Source: Candidatus Bathyarchaeota archaeon (lineage in GTDB: Archaea > Thermoproteota > Bathyarchaeia > Bathyarchaeales > DTEX01). Taken from it: a DNA stretch of 64,000 bases. The stretch lies in contig CAVQNT010000003.1 of the NCBI GenBank assembly GCA_963714275.1, forward strand, positions 1-64,000. The letters are read 5' to 3'. The notes beneath the pieces are model-generated. The model was not told the DNA's origin. It saw only the letters and a list, made by a program, of their open reading frames with translations, and searched no databases. The position numbers and the translations under genes are program-made. Below are positions 20,224 to 32,072 of this stretch, piece after piece; the first letter of the stretch is position 1; each line of letters starts with the position of its first letter.

Positions 20224-23200
20224 AGGTTTTCACGCTTTCCATTATTTTTTGGTAGAGTTGTTCCAAGGTCGGATAGGCTTATGCCGTATTGTTTGATGTA
20301 TTTTCTGAGGTATTTGCGGATTTCTCGTTCTATGGTTTTTCTTGTGGTTTGTTGGTATTGCCAGCCTTTGAACATTTGTGGTTGCAGTTTGCTGGTGAGT
20401 TCTTGTATGTCTTGGGTTAGGTTTTTGTCTGTCCAAGTGTTTTTTCCAGAGTTAGGAGTATGGCGTATTGGAGGTCTGTGAAGCCGAGTTGTTTTTGGCG
20501 GGTTTGGAGTTGGTTTATTTCGTTGATGATTTGGGTGGCTTCGTTGTAGATTTTTTCGTAGTCTTTGGTTTTTTCTTTCCAGAGTTTGAGGATGCGTTCG
20601 ACTTTTTCTGTTAGGGTTTCGTAGATGGGGTTTCTTGTGTTTGTCTATGATTATGAAGCGGTTTAGTGTGAAGAGGATGTTGGCGGCTTTTTCTTCTTTG
20701 GTTTTGGCTTTTTCTTGGAGGTTTTTGAGGTAGTCTGCGTCGAATTGTATGGTTGGGTATTGTTTTTCTATGTCGGCGAGTTGGGTGGTTTTGTAGACGT
20801 ATTTGAGGGTTTTTTGGAAGTATTTTTGAACATACCGATATTCTTCATATCGTTCTTGTCTGAGCCAGTGGATGTAGTAGCCGTAGACTTGTGTGAGCCA
20901 TGCGTATTCTTTTAGTTTTTGGAGTTTTATTTCGTGGGTTCCGAGGAGTTCGAAGAGTTTTCTGAGGTGGCGGTAGTTTTGTTGGAATTTTTTGGCGTTT
21001 TGTTCGTTTGTTGTGATGGTTTCGAAGGCTTTTAGCATGGTTTGTCTGTCGTATTGGTCTTTGGGGATGTCTTGGAAGAGTGCCATTGTTTCGTCGATGG
21101 TCTGGGTGAATTCTTGGGTTAGTTTGTTTATGGTCGAAAGTACGCCTGTGATGTCTTCTTTTGTGTAGTTTTCGAAGGCTTGGGTGAATTCTTTGAGTAT
21201 GCCGACGTAGTCGATTATGAGGCCTGCTTCTTTGAGGTCTTTGTATGGTCGGTTTGTTCTTGCTATGGCTTGGAGGAGTCGGTGTTCTTTTAGGGGTTTG
21301 TCGAGGTACATGGTTTGGAGGATTGGTGCGTCAAAGCCTGTTAGGAGCATGTCGGTTACGATGAGGATTTTGGGGTAGTCTTCTTCTTTGTATTTGTCGA
21401 CTGATTTCTTTCCTTATGTCTTCTATTTCTTTGCCGTGGTATCGGGTGGTTAGTTCTTTTAGGTAGTCTTGGATTTCTTGTGGGTCGGTTCTGGTGAAGG
21501 TCATGACGACTTCTGAGTATTCTTTTGGTAGGAGTTTGTCGAGTTCGCGTTTGTAGCGGACGCATGCACGTCTGTTGACTGCTACGATGAGGGCTTTGAA
21601 TTTGCCGTCGAGGTTTTCTTTGAAGTGTTGTGCGATGTCTTGGGCTACGAGTTTTATGCGGTCGGTGTTTTCGAGGAAGACTTTTATGGTGTTGAGTTTT
21701 TGTTTGATTTTTTCTTCTGTTTTTTCTCGGTATTCTTCTGGTATTTCTTCGAATTCTACTTGGATGAATGTATCCAGCATTTCTTTTTTGAGGTGGACGT
21801 CTTTTTCTAATCTGGGCTGATAAGCGATTTTTAGGGTGAAGCCGTCTTCGATGGAGTCGATGATGAAGTATTTGTCGAGGTATGTTTCTTTTGGTGGGTA
21901 GCTGAATTCTGTGGTATGTGTCTCTGCCTGTTTTTGCGATTGGTGTGCCTGTTAATGCGAAGGCGGAGGCGTTTTTGAGTGTTTGTTTCATTTGGGCTGC
22001 GAGGATTCCGTATTGTGTGCGGTGGGCTTCGTCTATGAAGAGGATGACGTTTTTTCTGGTTTGGATGGTTTCGTGTGTTTTTGATAGTGTGTCAAGTTCT
22101 TTTTGGAGTTCGCTTAGTTCTTCGGGGCGGAATTTGTGGATTAGGGTTATGAAGATGCCGCGTTTTCCTCGGTTTTCGTCGTGTTTTAGGATTTGTCTTA
22201 ATGCGTGTATGCTGTCTATGGTTTCGGGTTTGGTTATGTCGAGGGCTGTGAATTCTTGGTATAGTTGTTCTTGGAGTTCTTCGCGGTCTACGATGAAGAA
22301 TATGGTTGGGTTTTCGAGGGTGTGGGTGGCGGTAGAGTTTGTTTGCTGCGAATATCATTGTTAGGGTTTTGCCGATGCCTTGCCAGTGCCAGATTAAGCC
22401 TTTGTTTTTGGTTTCTTTTCCTTGTAGGTAGGCTATTACGCGGTTGACTATTTGTTCGGATGCGCGGTATTGCATGTAGCGGGTTATGACTTTTGTTGTG
22501 GTGCCGTGTTCTATGCGGAAGAATAGGTAATGTTTTAATTATGTTGAGTAGAGTGTTGTGGTGTGAGCATTTCTATGGTTGAGTCTATTGGGTCGGTTTG
22601 TCTGGTTCTCGCCATTGGTGGATTTTTACGTCTTCTTGTTGCCATGGGGCGGTTGGGAAGTATCTGGCTGTTTGTTCGGCTGCTATGCCTATTTGGACGT
22701 ATTTGTATGGTTCTGGAACTGTTTGTTCGTATTCTTTTATTTGTTTATAGGCGGTGTACCAGTTTTCTGTTAGGCTTGTGGGGTTTTTGCATTCTATATT
22801 GGCGGTTGGGATGCCGTTGATGTAGAGGATTATGTCGTTTCGGATTTGTTTGTCGCCGCATTGGTGGATGACTTGGCGGGATATGGTGAAGTCGTTGTTT
22901 TGTATGTTATCGTAGTCGAAAAGCCTGACGTATTTGACTACTCGTTCTTTTTCGAATTTTATTGGGATGCCGTATTTGAGGTAGTTGAGGATTTTTTTGG
23001 CGTCTTCGCTTCCGCTGGTTCTGAGTTTTAGTTCGTTTAAGGACTTGTTTTATTTCTTCGTCGCCTATGCTGAGGTTAGCGTTTAAGCGTTTTAATGCAC
23101 GAATTAGTGTGGGAGTGAGGAGAGGCTCTTCCAGGTTTTCTCTTTCAAGGTTGTCGGCTGGTACGAATTTCCAGCCTTTTTCCTGAAGCTTTTGGATGAA

Positions 23201-23239
23201 ATAATCTTCCACGAGGGATTTTTCACTAAATAATGGCAT
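20216..23239 (-). CDS. hsdR: Type I restriction endonuclease subunit R (many frameshifts)
   Basis: SEKSLVE N-terminus, GLIWHWQG.GKT, FIDEAHR, TGTP, MLLTGFDAP, LLQAIARTNR. Confidence 0.92.
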
Positions 23240-23246
23240 GGGATAA

Positions 23247-24443
23247 TCAATCCACCTTAACCCTAACTTTACCAGTAAGAAGTAAATCCATCAAACCTTG
23301 CTTGACATGTTCAAATCTTGCCTTTTCGATTTGCTCGATTGAAAGCTCTTGTCAATCGTCATAATGATTTCCGCTATTTTTTGCTGTTCTAGAAGTGGTG
23401 GATAGGGTAACATTCTGGAATATGCTAAATTTCTTTTCAATCCCGGTACGACATCAGCCAAGTGCAACCTTGCCAGATTTAGGTGTGATAGTTCATAGAA
23501 TAGCCATCTTAAAAAAACATCACTTCTTTTAGTTTTCACGTAATAAGTTGTATCAATTGGCCAATAGTCCTCATCGATCCAAGAGACCGCTCCGATGGTT
23601 CCTTTTCTGCCGACAACAATCCCTGCACCTTTGACTAACGCCTTATTGTGATATCCAACAATCCCGTTTGAGCCGACAACAGGATAGCGTCCTTCAAGTC
23701 TACTATTTCGCGGTAACCCTTTTCCATATTCTAACGAAATGATGTCGCCAAGTTTCAAGACATCCCATTCTTTGGGTGTTTTTCCTATTGGTGTTTGTTT
23801 GTATTCTGTGTGTCCTAATCCATTTATTAAAAGCGTCTGCATCATTCCCTTCTTCAAACGCTCAGTCTTTGCAATAACCTCATCAGTCTTCGCAATAGCT
23901 GAAATCGACAATGGACAGGTCTTCTACAATCTTGCGTTGTTCTTGGATTGGTGGAAGTAAAATCTGAATCTTACAGAATAGTACTTTCTTTATTGCCCTT
24001 CTTCTCTGCACTGCGCCAGCAGATAGTTTGAAAAACTCATTAAGCATTTTCCTTATCCTTATCAAATAATCCAGAAAAAGATAATCTACCTTAGTACTCG
24101 GCATCCAAGTAACATATGCTGGACTAACTAAGCCAGCTTCCATGTTTTTGAGAAAATAAATGGCGCCTTCCCAAATGACGTAAGGATTGTAAACCAGCCA
24201 TCCACGTCTAATTATTTTGTATTCATCGACATTACTCGTCGCTACTCTCTTTTCAAATCGTTGAGCCTGTGGAATTAAGCCAAATTTTCTGGTTAAAGAC
24301 AAGACCTGCATTTTCTCAGTGTTTTCTACATCTTTAACTCTCAGATCCACTTCTTCAAGAATATCACTTAACCTCACTATCTCCCAGTCTCTTGGTTTTT
24401 TTCCAATCGATGTTTCCGTGAAATCAGTTTGTTTGTAAAACAC
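23247..24443 (-). CDS. hsdS: Type I R-M specificity subunit S (frameshifted)
   Basis: Repeated conserved segments (IGKKPRDWE / IGKTPKEWD; PPIQEQRKI / PPLLEQQKIAEI; KKGMMQTLL / LLTGKVRV) flanking two variable TRDs. Confidence 0.92.
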
Positions 24444-26210
24444 TAATTGGATTCACCCACCACTTGGTTTATTGCAGAGAGAAGAGTCTTCAACCTATTT
24501 GCGGTTTCTTGCCATTCGCGTTCCAATTCTTTAAGTTCACTAAGTTCCTTTGAAACGTCGATTTTTTCTTCTTCAACTATTGGCATCACGTAAAGGGTCA
24601 TACTAAGATTGAAATCGTTCTGCTTGGCCTCATCAAGAGAAGCAATTCTTGAAAAACCCTTCTCCTCACGAAAATTCTTGTAAGCATCAACTACTTTTTT
24701 AATGTGATTTTCCCCAAGCCTATGTAGTTTCCGCACCTCTGGATGCTGCTCAAACCGATCGGAACGCATTGATAAAGAGCACCTTGCCTTTTCTTTCTTC
24801 TGGCTTATTCTTTCTAAAAACCATGATTGCACCATGTGCCGGAGTATTGTAAAACAGCAGTTCGGGCAACAAGATAACAGCCTCGATCAAATCGTCTTCC
24901 AAGATCTTCGAGCGTACTGCTACCTCTTTACCCCCTCTCGTCAAACAGCTGTTATCGATGACAACTCCAACCCTTCCAGTATCATTCTTCGTTGAAGCAA
25001 TCATGTGTTGAATCCAAGCCCAATCCGCAGACTGCTTAGGAACAAAACCGTAGTTAAACCTCTGTTTCCAGAATTCTCCTTTCTTCAAGACTTCCTCATT
25101 ATAACCATCCTGATTCCAAGGCGGATTAGCCACAACCACATCAAACCGCTTTAAGCCTTCGCCTTCCTTAAACTTCGGATAAAGAAAAGTATCCCCAAAC
25201 TCCAAATGACAATCCCGAATATCATGAATAAACATATTCATCTTAGCCAAAGCAAGAATACCCTGGTTCGCCTCCTGCCCAAACAAAAACACCTTACCAG
25301 CCTCTTCCTTGCCAAGATTCTCCTCAACATGTTTAAACGCAGAAATCAACATCCCCCCAGACCCAGCAGCAGGATCGTAAACACTATCCATAGGCTTCGG
25401 ATCCAGAATCTCGATTAGCAACTTAATGACTTCTCGAGGCGTGTAAATCTCACCCTCCTTCGCTTTCATAGGCGCAAAATACCGAAGAATCCACTCATAC
25501 GCATCACCTAAGACATCAGCAGAAACATGATTCAACTTCCGCTCACTAAACAACTCAACCAACTGTCGCAAAATCTCCGCGTTCTCACGGCTACCAGCGA
25601 ACTGAATAAAATCCACACTGTCCACGACATCCTTAAGCTCAGGATTCCGCTCAGCAATAACCTTCAAACCCCTCGACAAACGCTCAGTAAGCCCACTCAC
25701 GTCTTTACGTAGATTTTCCCACAAAAATTCTTCAGGTAAATCAAACCAATGAAACTCATTTCGCCGAGCTTCAGCCTTCGCATCTTCCTCGCTGAAACCG
25801 TCAGCCAAAGCCTCCTTGTACGCTTCTTGATACTCCATATCCCACTTGTCGCTAATACGTTTCAAGAAAAGCAGTATGAGAATAAACTTGTAATCAACTC
25901 GGGTCCGAATCAAATCCGCAGCCCGCTTCAACAAACCATCAATTTCGCCTCTTCCCAGCTTCTTCTCAAACGCTTCATCTTTGCTCTTTAACCGATACAA
26001 CTTCTGCCGAGCATCCCGAACATCAGACTCAACCAAAAGCAAACCCGCCTTCCGTAACTCAGACAGAAAAACAGGAACCTGCTCCCAAGCATCCTTATTG
26101 CGGTCCATCAAAACCTTCGCAGCATCCTCAAACCGAAAAGTGGAACTATCAAAAGTGGCCAACAAAATCTCGTAACGACGCTCAACCCAACTTGGAATCT
26201 CTCTATTCAT
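24443..26210 (-). CDS. hsdM: Type I R-M N6-adenine methyltransferase subunit M with N-terminal winged-helix extension
   Basis: GEIYTPREV, DPAAGSGG (motif I), NPPW (motif IV), LPELLFYNT. About 75-aa N-terminal wHTH-like region. Frameshift near 24760. Confidence 0.93.
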
Positions 26211-26244
26211 GGAACGAACCCCAGGATATGAATAAATAGAAAAG

Positions 26245-26275
26245 TATATAAAGCTTACGCTTATTAAATAAGCTT
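26245..26275 (-). promoter_or_regulatory. hsdM TATA box and adjacent palindromic operator candidate
   Basis: TTTATATA on the minus strand at 26245-26252. Palindrome GCTTATT-A-AATAAGC at 26259-26273. Confidence 0.45.
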
Positions 26276-26325
26276 AATGAAAATAACTTATCTATTTCTT
26301 CTCTGGAATAAAATTGATTGTGCTA

Positions 26326-26349
26326 TTAGCTAGCTAGCTCAGCTAACTT
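26326..26349. repeat. Longest copy of the dispersed AGCT/CTAG-periodic boundary motif
   Basis: TTAGCTAGCTAGCTCAGCTAACTT. Relatives at 7441, 13382, 14632, 32131, 46764, 47833, 56536, 59330, 63221 and elsewhere. Confidence 0.8.
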
Positions 26350-26402
26350 ATAATCACAAGTTAACATATAAGATGTGATCAACCAATACAATCAAAAGAT
26401 AG

Positions 26403-27137
26403 TTGGCTGAAAACCTCCTCCTTAAATCTAAACTGGAGCAATCTAAATTGGATGTGCCATCTAAGGATAAGGTATTAGTAGGCATTGTAAAAGAATGCAT
26501 TAATAAATTGGTTGAGACGTTCCTTTCGAATCCTTATTTGTTTTATACTGAAAGTGATTTGCACTGCTATCTCTACAACCTACTTTATTGTAAAAAGGTT
26601 CAATCTGGTTTGGATGACATATTTGAAACATGTGACAAAAAGCAGAGCATTCTATTGCATAAGGAGTACCCAACGAAGGAACGATACAGCAGAAAACATC
26701 TAAAAATCAAGCCGGAAGGATCGCGTGGCCATTTCGACTTGTGCATTTGGAATCCAACATTAGTCAATGAAAGGTTGTTTCGTGCCAGTAAAACTGAAGA
26801 CATTGAGAAAGAACAACAAACGTATATTGCTATTGAATTCAACCTTGCTGAGCGCAATTCCAGCCTTGAGGATGCAATCCACCATATGAAGTGGGATGGA
26901 TTAAAACTAAGTGACTATGCAGCGCTTGAACAAACTAAAGATCCAAAGGAGAATGTAAGTAACGAAGTAAAATATGGCTATCTATTATTCTTTGTACGCG
27001 ACTGGATTCACAGTGACGAATTCTTAAGAAGAATAAGAGAAGAAATTCCCAAAGAACCCGAAGTAGTCATGTTATACATTGAAAGTAGTGGGTCAAAAAG
27101 AATAATCAAGACACTATCCCAAAAACCTCTTCATTAA
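26403..27137 (+). CDS. Hypothetical PD-(D/E)XK-fold nuclease-like protein
   Basis: YTESDLHCYLY, HKEYPT, RGHFDLCIW, IAIEF. Intact 244 aa, inside the defence island. Confidence 0.55.
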   Translation: MAENLLLKSKLEQSKLDVPSKDKVLVGIVKECINKLVETFLSNPYLFYTESDLHCYLYNLLYCKKVQSGLDDIFETCDKKQSILLHKEYPTKERYSRKHLKIKPEGSRGHFDLCIWNPTLVNERLFRASKTEDIEKEQQTYIAIEFNLAERNSSLEDAIHHMKWDGLKLSDYAALEQTKDPKENVSNEVKYGYLLFFVRDWIHSDEFLRRIREEIPKEPEVVMLYIESSGSKRIIKTLSQKPLH

Positions 27138-27278
27138 CAGAAATCTAACCTTAAAAGGCTGCTCGGATCGAGATTCATAGAGATGGGACCTTGATCTTGG
27201 AGAATTTAGGGTAGGTAGTTATAGTTTACATCATATTATAGTTTAAACTCTTTAATCTTGACGATTTTGAGATGGCGT

Positions 27279-28286
27279 CTATTCTTCTTCCTCAAGTTCA
27301 GTTAAGACCCAGATCTGCTTGAGTGGAATAAGGGCTTTGATTTCTGCTGGCAAGTTCGTGTAGTTACGCAATAACTCTTCTATCACTTCTTTGGATTCCC
27401 AGAGTTTTATTTTGAAGACATCGTCTTTCGCTTCATTGAATACAGTTTTCTTAAAACCTCCCCAAGAAACCAACAGCCCATGCGTTGCATTCATTCGATT
27501 TGTCTTATCTCTAAGTTCCCTATAAACTGAGACTTCTATTGGTGAGTCTTGAGATTTGACTTGAACACATATCTGCGGTTCGGACAACCCAAGAGCCCCA
27601 GAGGAACTGTGATGTCTACTGCACCATCAGGACCAGGCGGAGAAACGATAGTTTTGAAACCTTGCGCCTCTAAAATCCCAGCCACTAACCTTGCGAGCTC
27701 ATGGCCTTTAAATTTTCGTGAGATATGATCTCGCAATTGGTCCATTGCCATCTGTACGAGATCAATAGGAGCTTCCTCCTCTTCCTCTATTTCCTTTAGT
27801 GGTTCTTTCGCGCCTTTGACAAAGTCAATTATTCTTTTTTCAGCTTCGTGTTTCTCAGCTTTTGCTGAAAGTCATTGCAGAACCAAATGTATAAAGGAGA
27901 TCTTGATCAAAGTAATCCCTCGCAATGTTCTTCTTGACCCACTTGACATTATGTGTATGCTGCATATCAGACCCTAAATCAGTTCTAAAGTTGTATTCGC
28001 TTTGAATCTCGCCAATCCAAATGGTCCCACTTGTCTTCATAGGGACAACGACAAAATCTCCAATCTTGACATTTCTCAAAAAGGCATAAATCTGCCCGAT
28101 GTGGTTCCTCTTGCGACCTTCGGATGCGTCTGGCCAGACCATTTCGTATAAAGAAATCAATTCTTCCTTGGACTTTACCTTAGAAAGATCAGCAAGTAAA
28201 CCAAAACCAATAGCTATGACGTTGTTTTCAATGAAACGGCTTTCACGTTCGCCTCTTTTTCCACCCTTACAAACCCAGAATGTCAT
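27279..28286 (-). CDS. Mrr-family (type IV) restriction endonuclease, frameshifted
   Basis: N-terminal FWV.KGG..GERE..F...NVIAIGF domain. C-terminal Mrr_cat with GPDGAVDI, CVQVKS and GLLVSWGGF. Confidence 0.88.
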
Positions 28287-28446
28287 GATTTATTTTTTAC
28301 TATTAATCTATATATTAGTTTTTCAGAACACACACATGGGAAACAGAAAAACAGCTATTAGTTAATTCAACTATTTGCTCATAGCCTTAATTTTTAGAGA
28401 TACTTTTTATATGTAAAGAGTTAAAATTAATGTTGGGGATTCAAAA

Positions 28447-29331
28447 ATGAAACTTTTTCGGATAGAAGGCGAAAGACTTGCGTCGATAAATGAAACTTTT
28501 TTTGATCTTGAGAGAGAAATCCAAAAAATCACTGAAGATAACCTTCAAGTTATCTTTGGTTTAGAATTTGTTTCTTCCGAATACAACTTGGAAGACTATT
28601 GGCTTGATACGTTGACTTTTAATTCAGAGACTAAGGCTTTTGAAATTATTGAGTTCAAAAAGAAACAAGACCTCTCTATCATGGATCAAGGGCAAACTTA
28701 CCTTAATCTAGTGTTAGATCACAAGGAAAAAGTTCTCTTAGAATACAATGAAAAGAAAAATAAAAATTTTAGAATGAAAGATATTGACTGGAGCCAAACT
28801 AGAGTTAAGTTCATTGCCCCTACATTTACACGTTACCAAAAAAGAGCTTTCGAATCCTAAGTCTCCTTTCGAACTTTACGAAGTAAAGAGATATAGTCAT
28901 GACATTATTGGCTATGAGCCGGTTCAACCATTCATTATTTCACGAACAGGTCAACAGACTCATCTTTAACAGGAAAGGCAGGAAAAGAGATTGTAGTCAA
29001 TACGCCAGAGGATATTATTGCGAAAATGCCACCTCTCTTGAAGGATGTAGCGAGAACTATTGAAGAAAGAACACTTGAGTTAGGAAGCGATGTTGAAGAA
29101 GGAGCTGGAAAATTATCTATATCTTTCAGAACTAAGAAGAGGACTTTCCTTCAAATATGGCTTTCAAAAGATTATCTCCAGATTGGTTTTCCCTACGGAC
29201 ATAAGATAACAGATGATAGGAATTTGTTAAAAGGTAGAGGAAAAACTAACAGATTCATTAACATTTCGTCAGCAGACAAAATTGGAGAAATAGAAGATTA
29301 CATTAAACAGGCTTATCAAAATTCACTTTAG
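28447..29331 (+). CDS. NucS-like endonuclease + DUF5655 protein, frameshifted
   Basis: LEREIQK..E.NL...FGLEFV..E, LDTL, IIEFKK, QG.TY, IDWSQTRVKFIAP.F..Y. C-terminal DUF5655-like domain. Confidence 0.75.
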
Positions 29332-29511
29332 GTCGATTAATCATCGTTTGGATTAAATGCTAGTGAGGACAAGTGCAGCTCTTAAATTTACCATTCATTG
29401 TGATTATGATTTTCCAAGATATTTACACATGTTAACTATCTAGCGTATGTTTGGTAGGTTGAAATGAATATAGTTTTTTCTTTCACAAAACACTCGCTTC
29501 ATACTTACGGT

Positions 29512-30080
29512 TTAGAGAGAAATTTCTGCCACTACTGGCAGATGGTCGCTGAGGTTTCTGGTTGCTTCATTATTTAGCACAAAGCAGGATTTGACCTTAT
29601 TCGCGAGATTTTGGCTTACAAACAAGTGGTCGTCTTGAAATGGATACTTACTGTCTTTGCGATAATATGTCTGTTCCTCGACTTCGTGAAACTTATGGTG
29701 GCAATCGAAAAAAATGCTTTTTGATAAACGTTCAAAAAAAGAACCGTGACCATGACCTGGCCAAACTTTCTCAGCCAACCGTGCAGTATTCAAGTCTCCT
29801 CCAACTATGAAACTTTAATTTTTACTGAGACTAAACGACCTGGATATTTTTCCATAATCGTAAATTCTTCTGTTAGCAAGTTTTGGCTGTAAAGGGCTGT
29901 TCCTCATCCACTATGGACTTTTTTAAGTAATAAACTTTCGTCTTTAAACATTTTTGTTGGACCCACTTCTTGGAGAAGTGCTAGGTCAGGTTTTATTTGA
30001 TTTCTCAAGTAATCCCAAGCTTTCGCATGTTTCGACCTGTGAAGCCAAAATCCAAGGTTCCAGATTACTACTCTCAGCAT
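29512..30080 (-). pseudogene. Endonuclease/exonuclease/phosphatase (EEP) family protein, disrupted and shortened
   Basis: MLRVVIWN..AWDYL..PDLALLQEV, GGDLN, QDDHLF, SDHLPV. The central part appears partly deleted. Confidence 0.75.
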
Positions 30081-30171
30081 TTCTCACCTACTAGTTTATG
30101 AATACATGAAACTTAGTAGCAAGCAACTATGAGAATAAAATAATTAACATGTAATGGTAAAATTGATTAGT

Positions 30172-30674
30172 TTACGGTTTTTTCATGATTTGTAAGGCCT
30201 GATCTTTGAAATGTGTAATATCGTCGTCTTTAACTCTAGTGAATATTTCTTCAATTTTATGAAAATCCTTGTTAAGATTGTATTCTTCCTTTATCTCAAG
30301 TTCACTCACCATTTGAGCATAGAATACGTTGCCAGAAGGCACAACTACAACCAGAACAGAGTCATCCCAAAATTCTTTATAATTCGAGATTTTTAGATTG
30401 GTGACTTTTGCTTCCGTGGAGCTCTTCGCATCTTTATCTCAACAAGCATCACATCGTCTCTTTGGTCATCATAGACGAGTAGATCTGGAGAAGATCGTAT
30501 TCTTCTTGCTGTTCTGGAGTTTTTGGAGTTCACTTGATTTAACTTTTTCTTAATGTCAGAAAGTGTACTCTCATAACCATAAGGAAAAACGCCATATCCA
30601 GATTTTTCAAATAGAAATCTCACTACATCTTTAATTGAGTTTCCTTTGAGCATATGATCATAAAATGTACTCAA
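30172..30674 (-). CDS. Small PD-(D/E)XK nuclease-like protein, frameshifted
   Basis: KG..I...V..L..KSGY.V.PYGYE, SPDLLVYD, LVEIKMR, then FWDDSVLVVVVP. Confidence 0.7.
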
Positions 30675-30860
30675 TAAAATTCTCCTCAGATATTGATTCT
30701 CAAATTCACATATTTAAAAACTATGAACCAAAGAAAAACGCTTATATTTCAAACCCTTATTGTGTAAGTGAAATCAAGCTATTTATAGACTTTCATTTTA
30801 AAAGTAAAAAACAAAGTATTTAAACTAACATACACATAATATCCATTGGAATAAAAGCAT

Positions 30861-31205
30861 ATGTCTGATAATATTCAGATTCTTCTGGAAACTTCGGATA
30901 GACTCAATAGTAAGACCATTTCCTTGACCAGATGCCTAATTCTAACTCTACTATCCTATTTTGTAGACGGCGTTCAATATAGAGAATTGAAGGCTGCGTT
31001 ACGGATTTCAGATGGTAAACTCATTTCAAACCTTAATCAATTGAGAAAAATGGGCTACATTCAAAAATCCGCAGTGAAACTAGAACACAAGAAACTAGAT
31101 GTCTATCTACTTACTACCGAAGGCAGAAAAGAACTAGAAAAAATAATAAAATGGACGGATTTAATAAAAAAGGTAGCGCAAGTAAGTGATGAAAATGCAA
31201 AATAA
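30861..31205 (+). CDS. Winged-helix transcriptional regulator (ArsR/HTH_34-like)
   Basis: YRELKAALRISDGKLISNLNQLRKMGYI...YLLTTEGRKEL. TTTAAA TATA box upstream. Confidence 0.88.
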   Translation: MSDNIQILLETSDRLNSKTISLTRCLILTLLSYFVDGVQYRELKAALRISDGKLISNLNQLRKMGYIQKSAVKLEHKKLDVYLLTTEGRKELEKIIKWTDLIKKVAQVSDENAK

Positions 31206-31720
31206 TTTTGATATAGTAATAGCAGTCTCTTATATTTCTGGATATTAAACCAAACATTCATCAATATAAAGGGAGATTCATAATTCAAAAAACAGTTCAT
31301 TTGGCACAAGCCCTTGGTTTAAAAACCGACTATTATTTCACAATATATGTTTCCGGACCTTATTCACCAGCATTAGCACATGAATATTATCAACATTCTG
31401 AGAGACTTGCTTCTCTTCAAACTGACTACGAATTAACTCCCCAAGACATACAACTTCTTGAGAACATAAAAAAGTGTTGCGACTTATATGAAGATGCATT
31501 TCTTATGGAAGCCACCTCCACAATCGTTTATCTAATGAAAAATAGACCAGAACTTAAAGAAGACGATGTATTGATACAACTCAAATGGCTGAAACCTCAC
31601 TTGAACGATCAGATTCGAATCATAGGATTAACCAGAGCCAAGGCTTTGCTGTTCAAACCAAAATATTTCACCGAGGAATTAAAGAAAGAGCTAGAAGAAT
31701 GGGAAAAAATCGATGACTAG
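31189..31720 (+). CDS. YwgA / Panacea (DUF4065)-like putative antitoxin, frameshifted near the start
   Basis: Repaired frame gives GRFIIQKTVHLAQALG..YYFTIYVSGPYSPAL and MEATSTIVYL. Confidence 0.65.
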
Positions 31721-31730
31721 ATGAGAAACA

Positions 31731-32072
31731 ATGCTTCCTGCAATAAGAATCAAAGACATCTGGAGGGTTTCACTCAAAGATGTTGTAGGCCACGAACAAA
31801 TGGGAGAACGTCCTGCATTAGTACTTGCAGTCCATAAACAAGCAGGTCTTTGCATGCGCATACCATTTACAACAAACCTAGATGAGTTAAAAATGCCTTA
31901 TACTCATTTAATAAAAAGTTCGGAAAATAATGGTTTGACAAACGATTCTGTGGCATTAGTCTACCAACTAAGGTGCCTTACTTCCACAAGATTTTTACTT
32001 AAACTTGGTGTCATAGAGCAAACCCATTTTGACAACATTAAAACACTCATGAAGAATTATCTAAATCTATAA
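31731..32072 (+). CDS. mazF: PemK/MazF family endoribonuclease toxin
   Basis: DIWRVSL..VVGHEQMGERPALVL, IPFTT, NGL..DSVALVYQLR.L. Confidence 0.9.
   Translation: MLPAIRIKDIWRVSLKDVVGHEQMGERPALVLAVHKQAGLCMRIPFTTNLDELKMPYTHLIKSSENNGLTNDSVALVYQLRCLTSTRFLLKLGVIEQTHFDNIKTLMKNYLNL

Noticed and set aside
20167-23031. Many plus-strand and alternative-frame ORFs over hsdR
   Set aside because: Shadow ORFs caused by the extreme G+T skew and by frameshifts. The hsdR motifs explain the region.
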